From positions 1 through 50,463 of IMG/VR virus record IMGVR_UViG_3300029822_000480: a DNA stretch of 50,463 nucleotides, one strand, 5' to 3'. Positions 8,825 through 19,300 of this stretch are shown piece by piece (the first letter of the stretch is position 1; each line of letters begins with the position of its first letter). The notes under the pieces were generated by a model that saw only the letters and a list, made by a program, of their open reading frames with translations, was not told the origin of the DNA and searched no databases. This stretch comes from a virus (Duplodnaviria > Caudoviricetes). A program made the position numbers and the translations under genes.

Positions 8825-8950
8825 TTAAATTATTCTGTTGTGATATAGCCAATCTGAATGTCTATGCCATTTCTCTATCTCTTGAACAGTAACAGCTCTT
8901 CCTTCTGGAGTAGCAGACCAATGACAAATTATTTTATCTATTTTTCTCAT
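8825..8950 (-). pseudogene. Relic 5' end of a T7-lysozyme-like N-acetylmuramoyl-L-alanine amidase
   Basis: MRKIDKIICHWSATPEGRAVTVQEIEKWHR matches the Amidase_2 N-terminus (IIvHcSATpeG...IdrWHr), then degenerates and stops after 41 aa. Confidence 0.75.
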
Positions 8951-8957
8951 ATCTTTT

Positions 8958-11861
8958 CTATAATATATTTACTTTATATACTGAAAACAAAAATCCCCCA
9001 ATTATCTCATTCTCATACCATTTTATCATAATTTCTAAACCAGAGATATCTGAAAGGCCAGAAGGGTTTGTGCCATTTGTTAGGTATGTAGTTGAAACAA
9101 ATGAAGGTGAGGAAACATAAAAATTTAAAGTAGGGTTATCAATAGTAGAACTAAACATTAGGGTGATTTTAAACTCTCCTATGGCAGGACCATTATTTCT
9201 TAGATAATTATCTACATTATCTAAATAGATATTAATAGTTAAATTTTTAGTAAATCCTGGAGTGTAAGTGTCTATATTATAAAATGTATTAACAGGCATT
9301 TCTTGCTCCTCCAAATTAAACCCCTCACTTGTAACTTCTGGACTATTTCCTTGTTCACCATAAGAGGCTTTACAAGTAATGATTTTTTCCCAATAATTCC
9401 AATTATTATTATAAGAATCAAAACTTCTTATATAGAAAATATTATTAATAGTATCATGTAATTGTTGAGATAATTGTTGAGATACTATATCATCTTTCTT
9501 GTATACAAATAAAAATCCTTCTAAATCGTTTCGCTCTGAAAGGGTTCCACAAGCAGGGTTAGGCGTTTTTTCATATAACCGACCATAAATCAACGGATAA
9601 ACACCTGTAGTAGTTATATCATCTAAAGACTCATTATTATTAACTCCGTTGTTAATAGTAATTATGTCGGGTTTATTTTGGATGTAATTTCTTTGGGATG
9701 GATCAGTTTGATTCCAATCAGACTGCCCATTATATTCATCATATGATGTCAATATCCTTTGCCAAGGAGTCCAAGCACCTAATCCACGAGTTACCCTAAT
9801 ATAACATTTAGCTATCACATTTTGGCGATTATCTACACTATCAGTAACAGAACTCCCTGACCTTACTATTCTTTGTTTTATTTGATTGATGTTGTTATTA
9901 TCTTTAATAATGCTTGAATCAAACCAAAATGGACTAAGAATAGAATTATCAACACTCCCATCACCATAGAGTTCATTAGGTAAAGAAGCACTATTAAGGC
10001 TATTAGTACTATTTAGAACATAGTAACTTACATCTTCAAATATATTATTGGCATCGAATACGCCATTTGAATCATCAAATATTTTGTAAGTTGTGTAGTT
10101 GTGGTCATGAGAAGTTATAAATCCTGTTAATACATTTTCAACCATTGTTTTATCAATAGATTGTAATGCAGTATCTGCTTTAGCTCCTTGTGATGAAGTA
10201 GCAAATTCTGATGCGTGCTTACCATCTAATAAATCTGCGTCTAATTCTGGAACAAACCCAAGCACTATCCCTCCAACTTCTGTGTCAGTAGCTTTAGGCA
10301 TACCTCCCAAATCTTCATAGGAAAGATTAACAACTCCTGTTTGTCCATTTACAGAAGCCACTGCATCTGTATTATCAATCTTCCCCCAAGTATTTCCGTC
10401 AGATATTACCCAGTCCCCTGTTTGCACGTCAATAGCTCCATTTAGCATAAAACTTTCACTTGCAATAAAATACACTCCCACGTGTGATGAGGCATTGAGA
10501 TTAGATAACAATTTTGTATTATCTGTTGTATCAAACTTATCTTTATATAGAGAACTAAGTGTACATGTTTGAGAAGAATTAATTGAACCTCCGTATATAA
10601 CTTGACCTAAGAGGTAGTCAGGGAGGTTTGTTGTTTTGATTTTACCATCTTCTAATTGAGCAAAATCAGTAGCATGATAACCATCTAATTTGTCAGAATC
10701 AGTTGCTGTTGCTGCATTTCCAGTTATACTATTAGCAATAGGTTTATACGGAACAGTAGTTAAATTATCTGTTGGAACAATACTTGGAGTTGTAACAGTA
10801 TTATATTCAATTGTCCAATTTTCTGAATAATTTCTATTCTGTACTCCTGAACTTCCACCCCAAACATCAATATAATTAATTGTACATTGTGGAAAATATA
10901 TAGATTTTATTAAAGCTATACCTACATAAGTTGTTGAATTATCTACATAAGTAAATAATTTAATTGTTGGATTCCAAGGGCATGTACTTGTGCATCCTAA
11001 ATTAACATAAGCTGACTGATATATGTAAAATGCTATTCTTAATTCAATTGGAGAGTGATTTCCATAAGCATAACCTTCTAAGTGAATTAAGGGCATTTGT
11101 ACACTTGAAATAAAAGGTATTTTAGTTTTTATTAAAATTTCAGTTGCAGTTCCAACATAAGATATGTTAACCACATCCTTATAATAAGAGCCTTTACCAA
11201 CACCTTTTTTAAAATAATTTAAACCATAACCATCTAATTTTGCAGAGTCTACAGCTTGTGCTGTTAAACCTAAATAAGTGGCGTCGTGGTCATGGTCAAC
11301 GTCAGCTTTATCTTCGGGGGCTGGTGTCCAATCGGTGGCTTTGTTTCCTTTTTCAACTTTAATTCTACCTATATCAAAAGTAACATCAGTTCCATTGGGT
11401 TTGTATATTCTGAATAGAATAAGATTTGGTTTTGTCACAGTGAAAGTAACTTTATTTTTACCAAAAAGAGGAACTTCTTGCCTATTTTCTGGCGTTGGTG
11501 AATCATATGGTCTAAGCGAGAGCTGTGTTAAATCTCCATCACTAAGAAAATCTATTGAAAAAGTATACTCCTGCCCCACCTCCAACACCTCACTAAGGTA
11601 ATAAGCTTCGCTCCAAGCATATATAGGCAAACCATATTGAGCTTCACTATTCAATACTAAATTCCTCCCCCCAATCTCCAAGTAATCACTATCACATTTC
11701 CAAGCACTACCATCCCAAATATAACTTCGACCTTGATAAGTAACTTGTCTCCCAACAAAATTATTAGCAGCAGGCAATGAAGATACCACTTCAATAGCTA
11801 CATTCTTGATTTGATTGCCTTTTAAGTCTAAATTGCCTTCTACTGGAATATTATCTGCCAT
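8958..11861 (-). CDS. Tail fibre / receptor-binding protein (mosaic)
   Basis: IGGRNL...KVEKGNKATDWTPAPED segment, repeated D.D.LDG.H motifs, VASVNGQTGVV and QSDWNQTD...YIQNKP, all common tail-fibre modules. Confidence 0.85.
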   Translation of the reverse strand: MADNIPVEGNLDLKGNQIKNVAIEVVSSLPAANNFVGRQVTYQGRSYIWDGSAWKCDSDYLEIGGRNLVLNSEAQYGLPIYAWSEAYYLSEVLEVGQEYTFSIDFLSDGDLTQLSLRPYDSPTPENRQEVPLFGKNKVTFTVTKPNLILFRIYKPNGTDVTFDIGRIKVEKGNKATDWTPAPEDKADVDHDHDATYLGLTAQAVDSAKLDGYGLNYFKKGVGKGSYYKDVVNISYVGTATEILIKTKIPFISSVQMPLIHLEGYAYGNHSPIELRIAFYIYQSAYVNLGCTSTCPWNPTIKLFTYVDNSTTYVGIALIKSIYFPQCTINYIDVWGGSSGVQNRNYSENWTIEYNTVTTPSIVPTDNLTTVPYKPIANSITGNAATATDSDKLDGYHATDFAQLEDGKIKTTNLPDYLLGQVIYGGSINSSQTCTLSSLYKDKFDTTDNTKLLSNLNASSHVGVYFIASESFMLNGAIDVQTGDWVISDGNTWGKIDNTDAVASVNGQTGVVNLSYEDLGGMPKATDTEVGGIVLGFVPELDADLLDGKHASEFATSSQGAKADTALQSIDKTMVENVLTGFITSHDHNYTTYKIFDDSNGVFDANNIFEDVSYYVLNSTNSLNSASLPNELYGDGSVDNSILSPFWFDSSIIKDNNNINQIKQRIVRSGSSVTDSVDNRQNVIAKCYIRVTRGLGAWTPWQRILTSYDEYNGQSDWNQTDPSQRNYIQNKPDIITINNGVNNNESLDDITTTGVYPLIYGRLYEKTPNPACGTLSERNDLEGFLFVYKKDDIVSQQLSQQLHDTINNIFYIRSFDSYNNNWNYWEKIITCKASYGEQGNSPEVTSEGFNLEEQEMPVNTFYNIDTYTPGFTKNLTINIYLDNVDNYLRNNGPAIGEFKITLMFSSTIDNPTLNFYVSSPSFVSTTYLTNGTNPSGLSDISGLEIMIKWYENEIIGGFLFSVYKVNIL

Positions 11862-11864
11862 ATC

Positions 11865-13289
11865 TTATCCTATTATAGTTATTATTGCGTTATCTCCTGC
11901 TATGAAGTTCGTTTGAGATGTCCATGAGATAGATTTTGTCGTAGGATCAATTTTTGTATATATTATCATATTAGCACCTGCGAGAGTAGCAGTTACAATC
12001 TTTGGATTAGTTACTCCATGAGTAGCTAATGTAATAGTTCCACTCGCACCAGTTATTGGAGATGATACATAAATCTTTTGTAAACCTATATTTGTTTTCC
12101 AAGTTAATAACGCTTTTATATTTTTAGCATAAGTTTGAAGAATAGATAGTAATGTTAATTCTCCTGTACCTACTTGAGTTTCACTAGCAGTAGTTGTACC
12201 AACTGTTTGTTTATTATTAGCTTTATTAGTAAATAAATAAGCAATGTTATCTATTAATATTTTTAAAACAGCAGAAAGATTAGCTGTTCCTGCAGCATTT
12301 TGAGTAGCAGATGCTGAAGGAGCTGCTATTGTTCGTGATTCATCAGCTTTATTTGTAAATAAATATTTGATATTCTTAGCGAATGTCTTTAATATAGTCA
12401 ATAAACTTGTTGCAGTTGTAACTACTTCTGTTGAACTTGCAGTAATTGTTCCAAGAGTAATATCACTTAATTTAGTTAAAGCAATAGTGCCATCTTTCAA
12501 TACTGCTGAAATAGCATTGTCAGTTATAGATACAGTTATTTCTGACCCATCAACTCCCGTATAAATATCTAGTAAGTCGGTCAAAGGAATATCAGTAGTG
12601 TTGCCATTAACTAAAGTGAAAGTCAAAGTCTTAGTAGTAGAATTATAATCAATGTCTTGTATTACACTCTCTAAAACTAAATCTACATTTCCAAGTTCAA
12701 CACCTGCTAAGTTTTTAAATGTTATTTTTTGAGTTGTAGAATCAAAATCTATTGACGATACAAATTGATTTTTAATCCTATATTCTAATTTACCTAAAGC
12801 TACATTTAAAGTATCAGTAGGAGCTAAATAAGAGCCTACTGTGCCTATAACATAATTTGTTAAGGCAGTAACATCAGATGTAGCGTGAGTATGTACAGAA
12901 TTAGCCTTTCCATCTAAAGCAGTTTGTAATCCCGTGATAGCACTAATTGGGACAGTGCCTAAATCTATCTCAATTTGATTACTTGCATTCTTTGCAATAG
13001 TAATCTTATCACTACCTGCTTTTATACTTCTAAATTGATAGGCAGTCTTATCAGGTTTAAGTCCATTTAAGGTGCTTACTAATCCTACTGCATCAGCATC
13101 TAAAGCTTCCGACTTAAATCCACTCATTGACACCCAGTCCTCGCCATTATAGAATTTATAATCATTACTTGCTGATACATACTTAATCACTGCAATTAAT
13201 GCATCGCCTACATCAACACCACCTTTAAGGTTTTGAATATGTGAACCACTTTTTAATATTACGTGTTCTGCTATTTCAAAATTTGGCAT
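11865..13289 (-). CDS. Tail fibre/structural protein with internal repeats
   Basis: ITGLQTALDGKA..HTH fibre motif; three ~40-aa repeats ending KNIKYLFTNKA / DNIAYLFTNKA / KNIKALLTWKT. Confidence 0.75.
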   Translation of the reverse strand: MPNFEIAEHVILKSGSHIQNLKGGVDVGDALIAVIKYVSASNDYKFYNGEDWVSMSGFKSEALDADAVGLVSTLNGLKPDKTAYQFRSIKAGSDKITIAKNASNQIEIDLGTVPISAITGLQTALDGKANSVHTHATSDVTALTNYVIGTVGSYLAPTDTLNVALGKLEYRIKNQFVSSIDFDSTTQKITFKNLAGVELGNVDLVLESVIQDIDYNSTTKTLTFTLVNGNTTDIPLTDLLDIYTGVDGSEITVSITDNAISAVLKDGTIALTKLSDITLGTITASSTEVVTTATSLLTILKTFAKNIKYLFTNKADESRTIAAPSASATQNAAGTANLSAVLKILIDNIAYLFTNKANNKQTVGTTTASETQVGTGELTLLSILQTYAKNIKALLTWKTNIGLQKIYVSSPITGASGTITLATHGVTNPKIVTATLAGANMIIYTKIDPTTKSISWTSQTNFIAGDNAIITIIG

Positions 13290-13308
13290 AACTTTATTTT
13301 TTATTTAA

Positions 13309-15609
13309 TTAATAATCTATTATAACTACACCTGTCAAGTCTCCTTGCCAAGTGATTTCACATTCTTGGTCTGAAATATGATTTACTCCTACTTGAACGA
13401 TACTACCACTCTCTTCCATCACTCCTATATTGGGGTAATAACCTAATCTATGAGATATAAACTTACTTCTTTCTCCTGCAACAATAGGGATAAGAGGTAA
13501 TTTAATTGCATCACTACCTAACTTTTTATCTCCTAAGTAAGCATATTCGATTACTGGTGTTTCATCAATAACAGGGTTTACATAACCAACTAAGTATTTC
13601 CTTTTTGTGTCCTCTTCAAAGTTTTGAAAGTCGTTATAAGCAATAAGAGTTGCATTAGACGTCTCTTTATCACAAACAGCATATATATATTGAATGTCTG
13701 TTAAGTCTAAATCAACCTCTTGTGGGTCTAATTGATATGACGTAGTTTTATCATAGTCAAATATTACTTGTTGCTCGGTCAATAGTAATTTATTACCATC
13801 TAATTCTATCTTAGGAGGAACAGAAATAGGCTCTTCTTTTGTATCTGCAAAGAAGGAAAGTAAAGATTTATCTTTCTCATCTACTAAGGTTGAGAGTTTC
13901 TTATTCTTTGTATTTACAGACCTTGTGATTAATTCATTTCTTCTTGAAGCATCTCTACCTCCAACAAAATTTTGGAAACTTGCTCTTTCTGTAAAAGAAA
14001 TAGTATTTCTATAATAAGTTGATAGTGTTTCATCCAATACGTCAATTACATTTCTTTGTCTTCTAAATCTTCTATCAACTCTAACATTTGATAAAGTCAA
14101 TTCAATCTTATATGGATTACTTAAGTATTGTTTAAGTCCAATTACTCTTATTTTTACTCCATTAGGAGAAAAATCACTATCAATAAAATTTATGTAGTCG
14201 CCTTTTTTGATTTGATTTCCTGAATTTCTATACCAAATCTCATCAATTGGCAAAGTAAAAGTAATTTGTTGCTCTTCTCGTTCCCAAAGATATTTTACTG
14301 CTTCTTTCAGCATTTCCCAGCTTGCACCTGTCTTTGTCGCATTATCTATGATATAAGCATTAGGCAAAGCACATCCGAAAACAATATACTTATCTCCTGC
14401 CTGCGGTGCAAACGTTGGATTAGGATAGTTAACGCCATCTTCATTCAAAGGTACTAATTGGAATTTTCTTTCAGAATGAATATAACCTGAAATATCAAAT
14501 GTTCTTCCTGCAAGATTTCCTGTTTGAAAAGTTATAGATAAGACTTGACCAGGAAGTCTAATTGTAGAACTCCAATAATCTAATGAAGCAGGAATTGAAC
14601 TATCAATTATATCATAAAACGGTTCAATCTGACTTGGATGCTTCCAATATGCTTGATAATAGCTATTCTGAAAAGTCGAAACAATAACGCTTGAAACTTC
14701 GCCTACTCTTTGAGGATAAATATTTGATAAATCAAGACTTTCTTCTCTATCAGTTGCTAATAATCCAATCCTTTTTAAACTTATCCCTAAAGCATCAACT
14801 AAATATTGCCTTGCAGCTCCAAAATTCCCTATTGTTTGAACAAAATCTTCTCCATTATACCATATTGTTTGGTTCTTTGGCAATAACAAAGTTTTATTAC
14901 CATAAGTTGAAGCATTAATATTTTTCTCTCCACCTTGAACAAATAACTTTCCAATTGGCTTTTGTTCTGTGTTTTTTCTTTCAATTATTGGTTTTACTCC
15001 ATAACCACTACCATAACTAATTGATTGAGGTGTTTCAATATTCTCTCCCTCTTTGCCAATGCTAATAACCTTATTAGAAATATACCATTCTGTTTCAAAG
15101 GTATCTGCTATAATTTGTAAGGCATCAATAATATTTGTTGAATTAAAAGATACTGTTTTTTGTGGAACTTCAATACAATTGCCAATTGTCCAACCTGTAT
15201 TTCTGTTATTGCAGTTATCAACTATCAATTGCAACATCTGTAAAGGTGTAGAAGTGATAGAGAATTTTATTCTGTTATCTAATAAATTTCTAACAATCCA
15301 TTTCTTTAATTTGCCTTGTTCTGTCTCAAATCTCAATGAATAATCAAAACTTTCTGAATTGTTTTTCTTTGGCTGAACACTATCGTATAAGTAATATCTT
15401 GTAGTTACTGAATTAAAGACATAATCTATATATGTAGTTTCAATTGCAAACTCAAAGTAATAAGGCAACGAGAAATTAATAAACAACTCATTATCTCCCA
15501 TTACACTTGAATTAATGCAATCATTCTTATTAAACTCAACATCAATAAACTTATTAATGCTTTGCTCTATATAATTTATTCTAATCTTCTTTACTATCAT
15601 ACCAACCAC
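13309..15609 (-). CDS. Tail tip / baseplate hub protein
   Basis: Position after the distal tail gene; L..IA..FETEW and TRL-like (IGKLFVQGGEKNI) segments seen in siphovirus tail-tip proteins. Confidence 0.7.
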   Translation of the reverse strand: MVGMIVKKIRINYIEQSINKFIDVEFNKNDCINSSVMGDNELFINFSLPYYFEFAIETTYIDYVFNSVTTRYYLYDSVQPKKNNSESFDYSLRFETEQGKLKKWIVRNLLDNRIKFSITSTPLQMLQLIVDNCNNRNTGWTIGNCIEVPQKTVSFNSTNIIDALQIIADTFETEWYISNKVISIGKEGENIETPQSISYGSGYGVKPIIERKNTEQKPIGKLFVQGGEKNINASTYGNKTLLLPKNQTIWYNGEDFVQTIGNFGAARQYLVDALGISLKRIGLLATDREESLDLSNIYPQRVGEVSSVIVSTFQNSYYQAYWKHPSQIEPFYDIIDSSIPASLDYWSSTIRLPGQVLSITFQTGNLAGRTFDISGYIHSERKFQLVPLNEDGVNYPNPTFAPQAGDKYIVFGCALPNAYIIDNATKTGASWEMLKEAVKYLWEREEQQITFTLPIDEIWYRNSGNQIKKGDYINFIDSDFSPNGVKIRVIGLKQYLSNPYKIELTLSNVRVDRRFRRQRNVIDVLDETLSTYYRNTISFTERASFQNFVGGRDASRRNELITRSVNTKNKKLSTLVDEKDKSLLSFFADTKEEPISVPPKIELDGNKLLLTEQQVIFDYDKTTSYQLDPQEVDLDLTDIQYIYAVCDKETSNATLIAYNDFQNFEEDTKRKYLVGYVNPVIDETPVIEYAYLGDKKLGSDAIKLPLIPIVAGERSKFISHRLGYYPNIGVMEESGSIVQVGVNHISDQECEITWQGDLTGVVIIDY

Positions 15610-16397
15610 GCTTTAAGATTAACAAAAAACTTACACCATACTAACCCATCTTGAATAATCAACTCATTTACTCCCATTCCTTGATAGAATGCTTTGTTTT
15701 GGAACAAATAACCTCTGTAATTCAACTTCAATGTTCTAATCCCTACATTTAGTAACATTGCAAAAAATGAGTAATAATTAGTTATAAATGTTGTAATGTC
15801 TAATGAAGTACAAGCAAATTCTAAAGTAATATCTTTTGCTCTTGGCTTGATTTGTGATACTTTATTTCGCTCTCTTTCGTGAGTGCGTGCATATCTCAAT
15901 AAGTCATCATATCCATTAGTTAATACCATTCCGTAAGAATTGACATTTACATTATCAATCTCTAACAATGTATCTATTGTTCCTAAATCTATATGGGTAT
16001 CTGTTAATATTCTTGAATAGTTTTCTTCTAATAATTTTATCTTGAATTTGCTTCCATTAGTAGCTCCAAACAAATTATTATTTGATTGCTCTACAAATCT
16101 GAGAGTTAATGTTTCATTTATATCACTAAATAAGTAATTATTATAAGTGTTTGCCATCAACATACCAATGAAAGTAATAAATCTATTGGAATATTGAACA
16201 CTTGCTAATTCTATTTCAATTTCTCTGCTATCTTGTAATTTTATGCCGTCTTGCAAATCATAATCAAACCCTCCCTCGTACCATTCAATAAATGGAACTT
16301 CTTCAGCTTTTGGCAAAGTGAATAAGCTCTCCAAGTATTTAGTTGGAATAAAGCCATAATTGGCTATATCTGTATTATTGATTTTGATATTTGACAT
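15597..16397 (-). CDS. Distal tail protein (putative)
   Basis: Directly after the tape measure gene; two similar halves. Confidence 0.55.
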   Translation of the reverse strand: MSNIKINNTDIANYGFIPTKYLESLFTLPKAEEVPFIEWYEGGFDYDLQDGIKLQDSREIEIELASVQYSNRFITFIGMLMANTYNNYLFSDINETLTLRFVEQSNNNLFGATNGSKFKIKLLEENYSRILTDTHIDLGTIDTLLEIDNVNVNSYGMVLTNGYDDLLRYARTHERERNKVSQIKPRAKDITLEFACTSLDITTFITNYYSFFAMLLNVGIRTLKLNYRGYLFQNKAFYQGMGVNELIIQDGLVWCKFFVNLKAWLV

Positions 16398-16398
16398 A

Positions 16399-19300
16399 TT
16401 AATTCACGTTTATTCCATTAGTTACCATTTGGTTAATATTATAATCAATCCTATCAAGTTTTTGAGCCATTTCTCCTGTATGATTTCTAATAATAATTAC
16501 ATTCTCATTAATTGATATTGCACTATCTCTAATTGTTCCTTGCATATCCTTAATGTCTATAATTGAGCCTTGTACCGAAGTGAGCATCCCATCAATCCTA
16601 TCTGCACTCTCTTGGCTTATTGACTGAATGCCTTGTGCCTGTGCAGTGCGTGTTTCATTAATATTAAATCCTCTTTGAGAAAATAAATCTTGCATATCTC
16701 TCCAAGTCGCCTCTGCCAATGGCAAAGTCTCTTCCAAAGAATTTAATGTGCCTGTTAATAAATCCGCTATCTGTGATGTTCTATCCTCTTGGTTCAATGA
16801 ATTTATTTCCTTTAATCCCTCTTCTAAATTATTAAAGATATTTGAAAAGAAAGCCGAGTAAATGGATTGCTTCATCAACTCCATAATAGTTTCTGAGACA
16901 CTATTTCTGAAAGAATACATCGCATCCTCTCCTCTTGTCATTTGATTAACGAAGTTATCCATCCAGTCATCTTTCAATCTTCCGAATAAATCAGACAAGT
17001 AACTATTTAAGCCAGCCAAAGCCTCTTCTTGAAGTTCAATATTTGCTAATAAATTTCTGAAATATGCTTGTTGTTCTTTGCTCAATAATCCAGAATTCGC
17101 TATCTGTTTTAATAGCTCAATATTTAATTTGCCATTTGCATCAATCAAATCAGGATAATAATTTCTTAACAAATTAACATATCCACCTCCGTCATCTACT
17201 AACATGTTATAAATATACTCCGTACCCTCTTTTACTCTTTTTAAATATTTTTCATATTCCATCTCCGCCTCTTCTATTGTAAGCCCATAAAGTCGCATTT
17301 GGTCTAAAATATAGTCGTCTTTATCTTGTGCTGGATATGGATAAGGGGCATTTAAAATTCTTATAAATTCTTCCTGAAGGGCATTGTATTGTTGTAAATA
17401 CCCTAATCTTTCTTTTTCTTTATCTGTTCCAAATATTCCCTGTGCCTCTCTTAATAATTCATTTTGTCTTATAAGCTCTAATGTGTATTGTTGTGAAATT
17501 TGATATATCTCTTCTTCTATCTGTTTTCTTCTCTCCGCAGCCTCTTTCTGTGCTTGATTTTGTTCTTTAATTCCCTTTGCAATTATCTCGCCCGCTCCAG
17601 CTACTAATCCTACAATACCCCCAATAAAAGCACCTATCCCACCGCCCATTTGCCCACCTGTTGAAAGTCCCTCACCTATTCTACTAACAATTGTATCAAG
17701 ATTATCTAATGTTTCCGATAAAGCCGAATTACTATCTCCAATAGCATCTGCAAAATCTCTCATTAAACCGACCATTGATTTTATGTAAGATATACTGCGT
17801 AATGTTTTATCAATCAAGCCCTTTTCTAAGGTCTTGATATTCTCTTCATATTTTTTGGTTATTTCCTCGTCTGCATCAGCTCCTTTCTTTAATTCTTCTC
17901 TTAGCCCTTTTCTTTCTTCCGCAAGTTTTGATATAATTTCAGTAAATCCCAAATCTCCTACATTAATATCTTGTAATTCTTTTTTCTTCTCCCCTAATCT
18001 CTCTTCTAACTCCTTAATTTTCTCTTGCAGTAAAGCAATTGTCTTTTGGTCTAAGTCTTCATTTTGCAAACTCTTTTTTGCAATTTCAATCTGTGCCTTT
18101 AATTGTTTTTCTGTAAGATTAGTAATGTTTTTAATCCAATTTAAGAACGCATCTTGCTTTCTTGCAAAGCTACTATCATAAGCCTTTAATTCCTCTTGCT
18201 CTATTTTGTTTAAAACCTCAATATTTTTGGTTAATCCTTCCCTCTCAAATGTCTTTCTTTTTTCGTCGTAAGTTTTCCGAATGCTTTCACGTTTCTCCTC
18301 GAATGTTTGATAATCTCCAATCATTTGAGTATATGCTTCTTGATTGAGCTTATATACATTATCAATTATCTGTTTCGCTCTTTCCTCGTATGTTCTTTTC
18401 TCTTCATCTGTAAGAGTTATGATAGGAGCAACAAAACCCTTCTCACTTCCTGTATTATTTACATATTCAGCCTTTGCCTGTTCAATTCGCTTTTGCTTGA
18501 TTGCTTCAATCTGCTTGTCTAATTCATCAAGTTCTTTCTTTGCATTAAGTGTGTTTAATTCTGTTGTCCTTGCGAACTCATTATTAATTGAACTTGCTTT
18601 AGCTTGTTCAATGTCTTGATATATCTTTTGCCATATATCAGCTATTGCCTTTCCATAATTTGAAATATCTTTCTTATCGTTATGGGTTTTTGTTTCTATT
18701 ATTTGATTGATACCTGCTTTTCTTAAGTCTTCAGCTGACTTGTTTTCTAAATCAACGAGCTTTTTTGTGTCCTTTACTATTTGAGATTTAAGAGTGCTTA
18801 CTGCTTTTTCTCTTGCATTCATAGCAGCTTCAATGTTCTTCTGTGTCTTATCTTCGTCAAAAACAACTTCTGTCTTTCTAACCATAGCATCCCCTGCAAA
18901 TACCATTTCATTAGTTTTAATCACTTTAGTTTCTGACTTATATTGCAACGGAGCGTTTTCTAACTTAATAACTTCTGCAAACTTTTTTGCAATATCAGCA
19001 CGATAAGCATCAGCATAAGCTTTAGAAATAACACTATTTATATAGGCATCTTTATTTTTGATTAATAAGTTTTCTTGGTCCGCAACGCTCTTAATTGCCA
19101 AACCCAATTCTTCATATTTCTTTTTATTTTCTTGTAAGAATTTATTCTTTTCTGCGAATGTATCTCCAACTTTATTATATTGCTTTTGTAGTATAGTAAA
19201 TTCAGTTAAAGATTTTGCAGCATTATCTCCAATTGTCTTATAGAACTCTTCTTGTGCTTTAGTTTGTTCTTTGGTTTTTTCCTCGTCTTCTTTTCTCTTT

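Noticed and set aside
8958-11861. Invertible (shufflon-type) tail fibre system
   Set aside because: No invertase and no inverted alternative C-terminal cassettes; the repeats present are direct.
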